Source of the DNA: Octopus vulgaris | Taxonomy: Eukaryota | DNA: 64,000 nucleotides | Direction: 5' to 3' | NCBI GenBank assembly: GCA_951406725.2 | Contig: OX597831.1 | Location: forward strand, 52,266,001 to 52,330,000 | In this document: positions 11,460 through 24,419 of the stretch, piece by piece | How positions within the stretch are numbered: the first letter of the stretch is position 1 | Layout: every line of letters starts with the position of its first letter | Position numbers and translations under genes: made by a program | The notes under the pieces: generated by a model | Databases searched by the model: none | Told to the model about the DNA's origin: nothing | What the model saw: the letters and a program-made list of their open reading frames with translations, nothing else

Positions 11460-12730
11460 TAATCTACTCTGCTTCATTATATGTTTTTGGTAGTTTTACA
11501 TGAGTAAGTTTTAATCCTATGTTGCAATCATAGATCTTTGAGTTCTGTCATACATTTTTGAGTTCTGCAGTGCCTCTTTGCTTCTTAGGCTTCTGTGGTT
11601 CCTCTTTGCTTCGTTGGATTCTGTGGTTTCTCTTTGCTTCTTTGACTTTTGTGGTGTGTCTTTGCTTCTTTGAGTTCTGTGGTTCCTCTATATTTCTTTG
11701 AGTTCTGTGGTTCCTCTTTGCTTCTTTGAATTCTGTAGTGCCGCTTTGCTTCTTTGAATTCTGTGGTTCCTCTTTGCTTCTTTGAATTCTGTGGTTCCTC
11801 CTTGCTTCTTTGAATTCTGTTGTTCCTCTTTATTTCTTTGAATTCTGTAGTGCCGCTTTGCTTCTTTGAATTCTGTGGTTCCTGTTTGCTTCTTTGAATT
11901 CTGTGGTTCCTCTTTATTTCTTTGAATTCTGTGGTTCCTCTTTATTTCTTTGAATTCTGTAGTGCCGCTTTGCTTCTTTGAATTCTGTGGTTCCTCTTTA
12001 TTTCTTTGAATTCTGTGGTGCCTCTTTGCTTCTTTCAGTTCTGCACTACTTTGAGTTTCATACATTTCAGTTGTCAATTTTCCTTGTCTACTTCCACCAT
12101 TTTCCAGGTATTATGCATGGGCGCGGGTGGCCTTTCTTGTCAATACTCTATCTTGACCTTCAACACCAGTTTTATCTCAGATTTTAGTCCTTTCTCAGTT
12201 TCCCTCATTTCTTCTTTTCTCTTTATAACTCTTTCCCATTTCAGCTTCGATTTATTTTTGTTTGCTTCTTTGAGAATAGAAAGCATTTTTTGATTTGTTA
12301 GTGTTTCATGGGTATTTACATTAACTTTACCAAATATCTTTGTAGTCTTCTAGTAGATACTTTATAATGGTTTCTACTTGTATTTGTCATAAATATAATC
12401 TTTCTATATCAGATTTTGGGTGGTGTATTCTATATACAGCCATTATTTTCCTTGTTTTCCTATCTTGTCTTGTTAGTTTGTATAGCATTGAAATGAGTAC
12501 ATTATAACTTCAATGTGTTACTGGAACAGCTAAAGTATTGATGCCTATGACCTTATTTTTTGCATTTAGTTCTGTTTGCAGTATTAATCTAATGCATCTA
12601 TAATATTTCTTCCTGATCTTTTTCTTCATTTGTGTGCATGCATTGTACACTGTCTAGTTCATTGATTTCTGGATATTTATGACTGTTTTTGGTCTAGTTC
12701 GCTTATCTCAGTTTCTTTATCTAGCATAAT
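11460..12730 (-). mobile_element. Degraded R4/Dong LINE fragment interrupted by the minisatellite
   Basis: Minus strand reads ILQTELNAKNKVIGINTLAVPV (~12525-12590) and KMLSILKEANK...EVDK, paralleling ORF 40215-41141. Confidence 0.6.
11545..12050. repeat. 28-bp minisatellite, ~17 units (ttctttgaattctgtggttcctctttgc)
   Basis: Tandem units read directly; the 28-aa periodicity of ORF 11688-12077 equals 3 units. Confidence 0.95.
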
Positions 12731-12859
12731 ATTATAGATCATAATTTATTTTCCTCTCTCTGAGGTTGCCTTGGTGCATTTTTTCTTCTAATCTGAATTT
12801 CATATGATTTTTCTCTAGTATCCTCCTCCCCCTCATCCTACTCATCATCATCATCATTG

Positions 12860-12930
<71 letters not shown>

Positions 12931-12937
12931 GCCACCA

Positions 12938-14458
12938 AGACAGCAAGCTGGCAGAATCATTAGTGTACTGAACAAAATTCTTAGGGGCATTTCATTTGTA
13001 TTTAAGCTCTGAGTTCAAATTCCGCCAAGGTCAATTTTGCTTTTGTCCTTTCAGGGTCGGTGAAATAAGTACCAGTTGAGCACTGGGTTTGATATAACTG
13101 ACTGACATCCTCCCCACAAATTTCAGGCTTGATAGGATTATTAGAGTGTTGAAAAAAGGCCATGCAGTTTCTTATTTCTTTACTGCCCACAAGGGGCTAC
13201 ACACAGAGGGGACAAACAAGGACAGACAAACAGATTAAGTCGATTATATTGAACCCAGTGCATAACTGGTACTTATTTAATCGACCCTGAAAAGATGAAA
13301 GGTAAAGTCGAGCTCGGTGGAATGTAGCAGCAGACGGAATACCACTAAGCATATTGCCCGGTGTGCTAATGTTTCTGCCAGCTCGTCGTTTTGCCATGCA
13401 GTTTCTTCTGGGTCTTTATATTCTGAGTTCATATTCCACCACAGTAAACTCTCCCTTTCATTCTTCTAGGGTTAATAAAACAAGTACCAGTCAGGTGCTG
13501 GGGTCAGCATAATTGCATTACATCATTTCCTCAAAACTGCTGGCTTTGTGTTGAAATTAGTTATTATCAAGGTTATTATTATTAAGGCAGTTGAAGGTAG
13601 TGAACTAGCAGAATTATTAGCACACTGGATGAAATGCTTAGTGGTATTTCGCTCGTTGCTACGTTCTGAGTTCAAATTGTGCCGCGGTTGACTTTACCTT
13701 CCATCCTTTTGGAGTCGATAAATTAAGTACCAGTTGAGTACTGGGGTCGATGTAATCAACTATACCCCTCCCTCAAATTTCAGGCCTTGTGCCTATAATA
13801 GAAAGGGTTATTAAGGTAGTTGAAGGTGGTAAACTGGCAGAATTGTTAGCACGCTGGACAAAATGCCCAATCCTCACATTCCGAGTTCAAATTCTGCCGA
13901 GGTCAACTATGCCTTTCATCATTTCGAGGTCGATGGAATAAGTGCCAGGAGAGTGCTGGGGTCAATGTGATTGACTATCCCACTTCCCTAAATTTCAGGC
14001 CTTGTGCCTATAGCAGAAAGAATTATTAAGTTAGTTAACTACCAGAACCATTAGTGTGTCAGACGAAATGCTTAGAAGAATTTCTTCAGCATTTGATATT
14101 TTCAGTTCAAATTCTACTGGGGTTAGCTTTGCCTTTCATCCTTTCAGAGTTGATAAAACGAGTACCAGTTGAGCACTGGAGTCAATGTAATTGACTTAAC
14201 CCACTCCCCTGGGTTTGCTGGCCTTGTACCAAAATTTGAAACTAATATTATCATCCTAAGCTGGCAGAATCAGCCCATTAGCCAAAATGTCAAGTGGCAT
14301 TTCATCTGTCTTTATGTTCTGAGTTTAAACTCCACCAAGGTTGACTTTGCCTTTCATCCTTTTGGGGCTCGATAAAATAAGTACCTGTTGAGCACTGGTG
14401 TTGATATAATCAACTTGCCCACTCCTCTGAAATTGCTGGCATTTTGCTAAATTTTGAA

Positions 14459-14460
<2 letters not shown>
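12938..14460 (+). mobile_element. Cluster of ~8 SINE family B copies
   Basis: Repeated ctgagttcaaattccgccgaggtcgactttgcctttcatcctttcggggtcgataaa..agtaccag units; the central domain resembles the MetaSINE core (from memory, unverified); includes a minus-strand copy at 13174-13392. Confidence 0.85.
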
Positions 14461-14489
<29 letters not shown>

Positions 14490-14503
14490 ATATTATTATT
14501 ATT

Positions 14504-14976
14504 GAGTGAGAGAGCAGAGCATGCCATTAAAGTGATACTGGGATAAAATATATGAAGCTCAGTATACCTATCATGACTACCCATCTGATAACAGTACATC
14601 AGGCACATGCATTACAACCATATGTGCATGACACAATGATTTCATATCATGATAAACAGTGAATGACCTTGCAGGTGGGGGCCCAGTTAGAAGTTTCTTC
14701 AGGTCAAGTAGCCCATCCTGCTCAAAAGGTCCCTGAATAAGGGTTGTTTGATGATGTTGAACAAAACACCCATGTCTCCAGAGGTGAATTATCCAAACCC
14801 CAAAGAATTCCTCTCAACACATGGCTATGATGCTACCCCACTGTCTGTGGTATTGAGCAGAATATTTGATGTAGCCCATCTTTTATACCAAGACAAAACA
14901 AAGTACATGATAACACTTCCAATCAGTTAAGATAAGAAACTATGAAAGCCACTGCCTGGTACTGCATCAGGGCATT
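14504..14976. mobile_element. Unclassified non-coding interspersed repeat X in an (ATT)n array
   Basis: Homologous end to end with 39218-39781; (ATT)n on both sides. Confidence 0.8.
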
Positions 14977-14988
14977 TATTTATTTATC

Positions 14989-15067
<79 letters not shown>

Positions 15068-15310
15068 TAATAGTCTTATTTTATCACGGGCTTTCACTGC
15101 ACTACTGAGCACAGCTCTGTGTGCCTTGGGTTTGTGCTGTGGTTTGTTGTGGTGTTCTTATTTTCACTGTATTGAAAGTGATTCACATAGGATGTGTGTG
15201 ATGCCTAGTAGTACTATTTTCTCCATGTTATATATATTTGTAAGTCCTGGTGCTTTAGTTATGTATTTGGCTGAATGTTTTTTTATCATACCTAATGCAC
15301 CTACTATACT
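15068..15310 (-). mobile_element. R4/Dong 3' end
   Basis: Homologous to 39849-40090 (IVGALGMIKK...LLGITHIL plus 3' UTR). Confidence 0.85.
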
Positions 15311-15840
15311 AAGGCAGTGGTGTTGTTTTCACTCATGTTTGTTTGTTTGTCTGTGCACAAGATATCTCAAGAACCTCTAGAAGGTTAGCTTTGCTGTCTT
15401 CTCTGCCACACTTCTTGATAGGAAGGCCTTTTGCCTATTATAGAAAGAAAGACTTATTATTTTTGGTTGGGTAGAAACCAATAGTTGGATGGCCATGGCC
15501 TGCAAACTTCTACTGAGCTAAGGTTCGATTCTTTATTTCAAGTATTTGCTCCAATTAGACAGTCTCTGTAAAAATATCATCCTGTTCTATAGTTTGGTGA
15601 CTTATAAAACTTATGTGTCTCATGCTTACAAGACATATATATATGATAATGTGTTTTGCCTCTGCTTCAACCTAAAGAAATTATTTCATAGACCTGTTTG
15701 TTCTTTCTGTTGACAGCATAAAGATTCTGGTTATCTTCGACCAAAACCTGATTATGATGAAATAACGTTACCATGTTTTGGCACCGATGATTATAAAGAA
15801 TTGGCACAGTAAGTATCATACATTATACATACATACATAC

Positions 15841-15909
<69 letters not shown>

Positions 15910-15918
<9 letters not shown>

Positions 15919-16394
15919 TATAAATCTGAAATGCGAAAAGTTTGTTTGTTTGTTTGTTTGTCTGTCTGGTTTTGGCATTGAGAATGGGTTAAAGGCCACT
16001 AGATCCCGTTGGATTGGCTCCAAAATTTACAGGGACATGTAAAATGAGGTGAGGATGCAAGTGGGCTAGGTTAGAAATCCCCATCTTAAAAGGTGTCGTT
16101 GCTAGGGCCAAAAACGCACTTTGACAAGTCGACTCTCATTCTTTTATGTATCTGTCTTCCTCCGTCACTCACTCTCTTTCCTCCTTCCCATCACTTTCTA
16201 TATGTAACGTCGTCTAACTCCCCTTCACTTTCTCTTTATAACGTCCTCAAACAGCGTTCTGTATCTCCCCCTCCCCGCCTTCAACAGCGCTTTCACACTC
16301 TCTCTCTCTCTCTATGTCTGTCTGCATTCATAGACAGAATTATCATCGCCACCACCACCACCCAATCATGAGAACAAATGTTATTGGGTTAATT

Positions 16395-16426
<32 letters not shown>

Positions 16427-16758
16427 AGTTCTATATATAAATATGTATATTAAACTTTTTAACACTTTTTGATAGTTATATATATATTTGTTTTAAAATT
16501 ATAAATATAAATTAATAATTTTAATTTTAAATTTAAATAATTTCAATTTTTAAATTTTATATTTTATATATTTTGTATATTATATTTTTATTTTTATGTT
16601 TTCGTTTATGTTTTTCACTGTTTGATTTGCCTAATTGTGGTTTTATCTCTAATTTAATTTATATATATATATATAATTTGTATACATATGTATATATAAT
16701 GCATACACACACACACATATATATATATATATAATGCGTATATATGTATATATAAATA

Positions 16759-16830
<72 letters not shown>

Positions 16831-18002
16831 GTGTGCATTATGTGGTCGGTTGTGCTGAAAATATGCACACCTATGTTAAAAGTGCTGGCGAGTTTGCATG
16901 GCAACTATTTTTTTCCTCAAATGAAAGGCGTGACCTCTAGGACAAAATTCCTCATCTTATAAAATGTAACCCGAGTAGGCTCGAATGAAATCGGGTTATA
17001 TTAACCAAAATTTGAAAAGAGGTCTAAATAGTGCTTGAAGGGGATTAAAATTTACAGGAGCGGGTGTTTAGGAATTCTCTGTTACATGAAGCTAAAAAAT
17101 TTGCGCCAGCCTTTAAATCGTCAATGTGTTGCTGTCCATGATGAAGAAGTTTGGAATGCTTGCCATGGTGAGTCTACTGTCATGAGAAAGAATCACTTCA
17201 AAGCTTGGTGTTTAGGAATTTTCTTTTACATCAAGTTCAAAATTTTACGCCAGCCGTTAAACGGCCACTATGTTACTGTCTGTCGTTAAGAAATGCCAGC
17301 CATGGTGACTCTCCTATCCTCACATTTCAAATATTTTAAAATTTTTATTCAGCTCGCAAGTTCATCTGTCCCTTTTAAATGTTAGTGTTTTGCTTTCTGC
17401 CTTGAAGCAGACCTTTCCGTTGTCACTGCCTGATATTTATGAATGATCTTTCAAACTACTTTCTTTCTCAACTTACTCAAGATCTTTTCTTGATTATAAA
17501 TGGGAGAGAGATAGATAGAGAAAGATAGAGAGTAAGAGAAAGCGAGGGAGAGTCCGAGAGAAAGGAAGAGTAAGAGAGTGGGAAAGGGAGAGAGAAAGGA
17601 GAGAGAAACAGAGGGAGAATCATCATCATCATCATCATCGTTTAACGTCCGTTTTCCGTGCTAGCGCGGGGTTGATGGTTTGACTGGGGTCTGGGAAGCC
17701 AGGAGGCTGCACCAGGCTCCAGTTTGATCTGGCAGTATTTCTAATGGATGCCCTTCCAGTGTTACAGCTGGATGCCCTTCCTAATGCCAACCACTCCGTG
17801 ATTGTAGTGGGTGCTCTTTTCGTGCCACCAGCACAGGTGCCACAATCAGTTGGTGCTTTTTACGTGCCACCGGCACAGAAGCCAGTCAGGGCGGTGCTGC
17901 CATCGGCCACGTTCAGTAGGTGCTTTTTACGTGCCGAAAGGATGCAACAGAAAATAACAACCACACTCTTACCCGCGCATAGAGCGGGTCACCTTAAGCT
18001 AG
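15910..18002 (+). mobile_element. Non-autonomous Helitron-like element
   Basis: 5' tatata..aaa plus (gttt/gtct)n signature; 3' hairpin acccgc-gcataga-gcgggt (17971-17989), then CTAG|T at 17999-18003; contains an RTE 3' end on the minus strand at 17620-17935. Confidence 0.65.
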
Positions 18003-18029
18003 TATTATATATATATATATTTTTTTTTT

Positions 18030-18746
<717 letters not shown>

Positions 18747-18772
18747 ATATATATATATATATATAATAATAA

Positions 18773-18804
<32 letters not shown>

Positions 18805-18825
18805 ATATATATATATATATATATT

Positions 18826-19035
18826 ACTCTTTACTCTTTTACTTGTTTCAGTCATTTGACTGCGACCATGCTGGGGCACCGCCTTTAGTCGAGCAAATCG
18901 ACCCCGGGACTTATTCTTTGTAAGCCCAGTACTTATTCTATCGGTCTCTTTTTGCCGAACCGCTAAGTGATGTGGACGTAAACACACCAGCATCGGTTGT
19001 CAAGCAATGTTAGGGGGACAAACACAGACACACAA

Positions 19036-19072
<37 letters not shown>

Positions 19073-19200
19073 CATATATAAGACAGGCTTCTTTCAGTTT
19101 CCGTCTACCAAATCCACTCACAAGGCATTGGTTGGCCTGGGGCTATAGCAGAAGACACTTGCCCAAGATGCCATGCAGTGGGACTGAACCCGGAACCATA
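18826..19200 (-). mobile_element. SINE family A
   Basis: Near full-length reverse-complement copy. Confidence 0.9.
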
Positions 19201-19314
19201 ATAATAGTAATAATATATATATATATATATATATAATAATATATAATAATAATAATAATATATATATATAATAATAATATATATATATAATAATATATAT
19301 ATATATAATAATAT

Positions 19315-19440
<126 letters not shown>

Positions 19441-19472
19441 ATTCATCCTCATCATCATAAAATGGATGTTAA

Positions 19473-19513
<41 letters not shown>

Positions 19514-19997
19514 AATAATGACGACATACAAATATAGAGATGAACACTCACAAAGTGAGTAGTAAACCTCAGGAAAGAATGGAAGAATAAGATATATTGG
19601 TCAAGTTTCTAAAAATAGACAGAGGTGTATATAGTACTGGCTAATGTGAAAGTGGGGCTGTGGAATCAGAGAGATAAGGAAAGAAGTGTATATTGATATA
19701 CAAACATGCACACACACATACACATACATACGTATATGCACTATTATATAGACCGGCATACTTATGTACTTAAACCCATATGCATATATGCATATATATA
19801 TATATGTGCACACATACACACACACCCCTAGATATATGCATTGCACACATACACATGCATACATATATGCACATACATAGACATACATACGTATGCATGC
19901 ATTTTTTAAAACTCTCCAATCTTATTCTTTAATTGTTTAATAATGCATATATGGACATATATACATGTATACATGCATGTGTATGGGTGTGTATGTG

Positions 19998-20024
<27 letters not shown>

Positions 20025-20029
<5 letters not shown>

Positions 20030-20570
20030 GGTGTGTGTATGTATGTATGTATGCATGAGTATGTATGTATGTGTATGCACGTATATGTATATGTACGCAT
20101 GTGTATGTGTGTATGCATATATCTATAGGTGTGTATGTATGTACACACCTATATGTATGTGTATGTGCATATATGTACGCATGTGTATGTGTGTATGCAT
20201 ATATGTATAGGTGTGTATGTATGTACACACCTATATGTATGTATGTGTATGTGCGTATATGTACACATGTGTATGTGTGTATGCATATATGTATAGGTGT
20301 GTATGTATGTACACACCTATATGTATGTATGTGTATGTGCGTATATATACACATGTGTATGTGTGTATGCATATATCTATAGGTGTGTATGTATGTACAC
20401 ACCTATATGTATGTGTATGTGCGTATATGTACACATGTGTATGTGTGTATGCATATATGTATAGGTGTGTATATATGTACACACCGACATGTATGTATGT
20501 GTATGTGCATATATGTACGCATGTGTATGTGTGTATGCATATATCTATAGGTGTGAATGTATGTACACAC
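20025..20570. repeat. Higher-order ~82-86-bp minisatellite of alternating purine-pyrimidine sequence
   Basis: tataggtgtgtatgtatgtacacacctata recurs about 6-7 times. Confidence 0.85.
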
Positions 20571-21041
20571 ACATACACACACACACATAAGCTGCTTTCT
20601 TATATGCGAGCAAAGCCATTGCTAGAAAGAATCACTGAAACAAGTCACTGTTGCAATGCGAGGGGGAGATATAGTGAAGGGTGTGGGAGAGAGATAGAGA
20701 GGAGGGAAGATCGTAAGATTGTGGTTTCGAATCCAGGACCAGGTCCCACATTATGTTCATGAGTAAAACACTTCATTTCCCATTGTTCCGGTCCGCTTTG
20801 CTGGCAAAAATGAGTTATCCTGTGGCAGATTGTCAGAGTAAACTTGCATAGCTCTAAAAGCCACACACATCACAAGAAACCACACGTCCCCACCATTCTA
20901 CAACACACATACACCTCCCTGCTGTGCCATATTTATACATGCACACACTAATCATCCCCTTCTCCCTTCCTAATCTGCCATTGAACCACATTCCCGACTC
21001 CTCTCCATTTCTTCCAACCGCCTTTTGCCATTTATTTTATA

Positions 21042-21541
21042 CTAGCAGTAATACCCGTCGTTCATCAGATAATTACTTTTACTCTTTCTCAGGAGTCACA
21101 TTCAAAGTATTATTATATATATATTAGATTTCTCAACGGGGATTTCAGGGGAGTGTTTCAGGGAGTCGCTGGCGATCTATCGTGATGATCAAAAATCCGG
21201 CCTGCTAAAATTTGGTTAAAGTGATTCAAACTGCAGACTCAACGCAAAATGGTCACATTTAATTCAAAGCGTTAAAAATGTTTTGAAAACAATTGGTATG
21301 TATTTACAAAGTCCAAATGATTAATATGAAAAAACCTTCCAGGCTACATCCCGAAAATTCATTTCTTTGCCGAATTTCTACAATGTTTAGGGCAGTTCAA
21401 TTTTCATTCGCCTAAACTTTAAGTGACCCATTTTTGGTGGTTCTACGATTTGTTGGCTAGGAGATGTGCCGGGAAGTTAAACACACAGACACACACACAG
21501 ATACACACACAGACACACAAGTTGAGTTTCATATATATAGA
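21042..21541 (-). mobile_element. Non-autonomous Helitron-like element
   Basis: Minus strand begins A|TCtatatatatg followed by a (tg/tctg) repeat and ends acgacgggtattactgCTAG|T; insertion between A and T. Confidence 0.75.
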
Positions 21542-21669
21542 TTTTCCTATCATTTTTGCTCGTTCTTCTATTTTTTTCTTTCTTTCTTTGATTAAGAACT
21601 CGCATCCAAAATGTCAAGACACTTTCCTTTCCTTTTTTTAGCATTAAACTACTACAATGCTTGTTAAAA

Positions 21670-22100
21670 TACTCTTTTACTTGTTTCAGTCATTTGACTG
21701 TGGCCATGCTGGAGCACCACCTTAGTCGAGCAAATCGACCCCAGGACTTATTCTTCGTAAGCCTAGTACTTATTCTATCAGTCGTAAACCTAGTACTTAT
21801 TCTATCATTCTCTTTTGCTGAACTGTTATGTTACAGGGACGTAAAAACACTAGCATTGGTTGTCAAGCGATGGTGGGGACAAACACAGACACACAAACAT
21901 ACACACACATATATATATACACACATATATACATATATACGATGGGCTTCTTTCAGTTTCCATCTACCAAATCCGCTCACAAGGCTTTGGTCGGCCCGAG
22001 GCTATAGTAGAAGACACTTGCCCAAGGTGCCACGCAGTGGGACTGAACCTGGAACCATGTGGTTGGGAAGCTAGCTACTTACCACATAGCCACTCCTATG
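21670..22100 (-). mobile_element. SINE family A, full length
   Basis: Reverse-complement copy with a short internal duplication. Confidence 0.9.
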
Positions 22101-22767
22101 CTTGTGCCTCTCGTATGTGCTGTCTTCTTTTTGTGGTCATTGCTTTCTTAACATATGTGTGTGTGTGTGTGCTTGTGTGCATGTGCATGTGAAAGGTAGT
22201 GAACTGGTAGAGACATTAGAATGCCGGGCAAAATGTTTTGCGGTATTTCATCCATCTTTACATCCTGAGTTCAAATTCCACCGAGATCCACTTTGCCTTT
22301 CATTCTTTGGGGGTTGCTAAAATAAGTACTACTTGAACTCTGGGAGTGATGTAATCGACTTACCCCCACCTCCGAAACAGCTGGCCTTGTGCCAAAATTT
22401 GAAACCAATATGTGTGTGTGTGTGTGTGTATGTTCTAGTTACAGATTTCAAGAGAAAGAGTTCCTGCCATCAATGAAATTTAAACAACATCCATTAGACA
22501 CTGTCAACAAAAGTATGTGTGTAGCCTCAGCTTTTTGCATTCTCTGTTCAAATCCCACAACAGTCAACCTTGCCTTTCATCCTTCAATAGTCAATTATAC
22601 TAATTATCAGTGAAATATAGGAGTTATTATGATCGACCATATCACATCCACAAATTTTGAAACGTGTTTATATTACAAAACATTATTACTGCGTAAATTA
22701 TCGAAATAGCTCATAATTTTAAAAATAAAAATAAAATAAATTAATAAATAAACAGATAAATACATAT

Positions 22768-23740
22768 AGGCGCAAGCATAGCTGAGAGGTTAAGAAACCA
22801 TGTGGTTCCGGGTACAGGTCCACTGAGCAAAATCTTGGGCAAGTGTCTTCTATTATAGCCTTAGGCTGACCAAAGTGTTGTGAGTGGATTTGGTAGACAG
22901 AAAGTGAAAGAAGCCTGACCTATGTATATGTGTGTGTGTGTGTGTGTCTTTGCGTTGGTGTCTGTCCCCACCCCAACACTGCTTGATAACAGTAATGGTG
23001 TGTTCATGTCCCCAAAATTCTAGTGGTTCGGCAAAGAAGACTGATAGAATAATTATAAGCGTAGGAGTGGCTGTGTGGTAAGTAGCTTGCTAACGAACCA
23101 CATGGTTCTTGGTTCAGTCCTACCACATGGCACCTTGGGCAAGTGTCTTCTACTATAGCATTGCCGATCAAAGCTTTGTGAGTGGATTTGGTAGACAGAA
23201 ACTGAAAGAAGCCCATCGTATATATGTATATATGTATGTGTATGTTTGTGCATATGTTTGTGTGTCTGTGTTTGTCACCCCAACAATGCTTGACAACCGA
23301 TGCTGGTATGTTTACGTCCCCATAACTTAGCGGTTCAGCAAAAGAGACCGATAGAATAAGTACTAGGCTTACAAAGAATAAGTCCTGGGGTCGATTTGCT
23401 CAACTAAAGGCAATGCTCTAGCATGGCCACAGTCAAATGACTGAAACAAGTAAAAGAGTAAAAGAGGATTAACAAAATTAAGTGCTAGGGTCGATTAATT
23501 CGACTAAAAGAATTTGTCAAAGTGGTGCCCCAGCTTGACCACAGTCTAATGACTGAAGCAAGTTAAAATAACATTATAATAAATAACTATAGGTGCAGAC
23601 ATGAGTGTATGGTCTAAAAGCTCCCTTTGCAACCACACAGTTCCAGGTTCAGGCCTGCTGAGTGGCATCTTGGACAAACGTCTTCTATCATAGCCTCGGG
23701 CCAATCAGTACCTTGTGGGTAAATTTAGCAGATGGAAACA
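22768..23740 (+). mobile_element. Tandem/nested SINE family A copies
   Basis: Heads at ~22768, ~23057 and ~23590; tails at ~23460 and ~23565; the middle copy appears nested in the first. Confidence 0.85.
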
Positions 23741-23962
23741 TTGTATGTTTGAAAAGGTTCACTGAAACTGTGTGGAGTCCTGTCCTGTGTTTCAAAACGG
23801 TTAATCGAAAGCCCTCACACACTAGGATAAAAACTTATTCCAAAAAAGGTTGGTAACATCCTGATAAAAGATTTCATAACTTTTTTTTAGAAATAATTAA
23901 AAAAAAACTATCCCCTTTATACTTAAAAACTGTATTAAGTAATTTTTCACAAAGACAAAATT

Positions 23963-24000
<38 letters not shown>

Positions 24001-24327
24001 CAATCATAAGGGAAAACAAATGTGCCTACTGCTAGAAATAAGAGTTAAAACCCTGGTAGTTTAAATGCGGGTTTTAACTCTTATTTCTAACAGGTAGGCA
24101 CATTTGTTTGCCCAGATGATTGATATAAATTTTTATTCTATAGCTATATAATGCTATTTTAGGCCTGCAACTGCTTATATTATTGTTGTTATCATCAACT
24201 ATTTATATTACCCTGTATAATAATAACAATATTAATATCTTTATAAATTTTCACTCCTGAAATTTGCTCCTTACATATCTATCTATCTGTCTGTCTGTCT
24301 CCGTCTGTCTATCTATTTATCTATCTA

Positions 24328-24370
<43 letters not shown>

Positions 24371-24419
24371 TTCTATATATATATATATATATACAACATG
24401 AGAACATGCATTAGAAATG

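Noticed and set aside
11688-12077. Repetitive 129-aa protein
   Set aside because: Read-through of the 28-bp minisatellite
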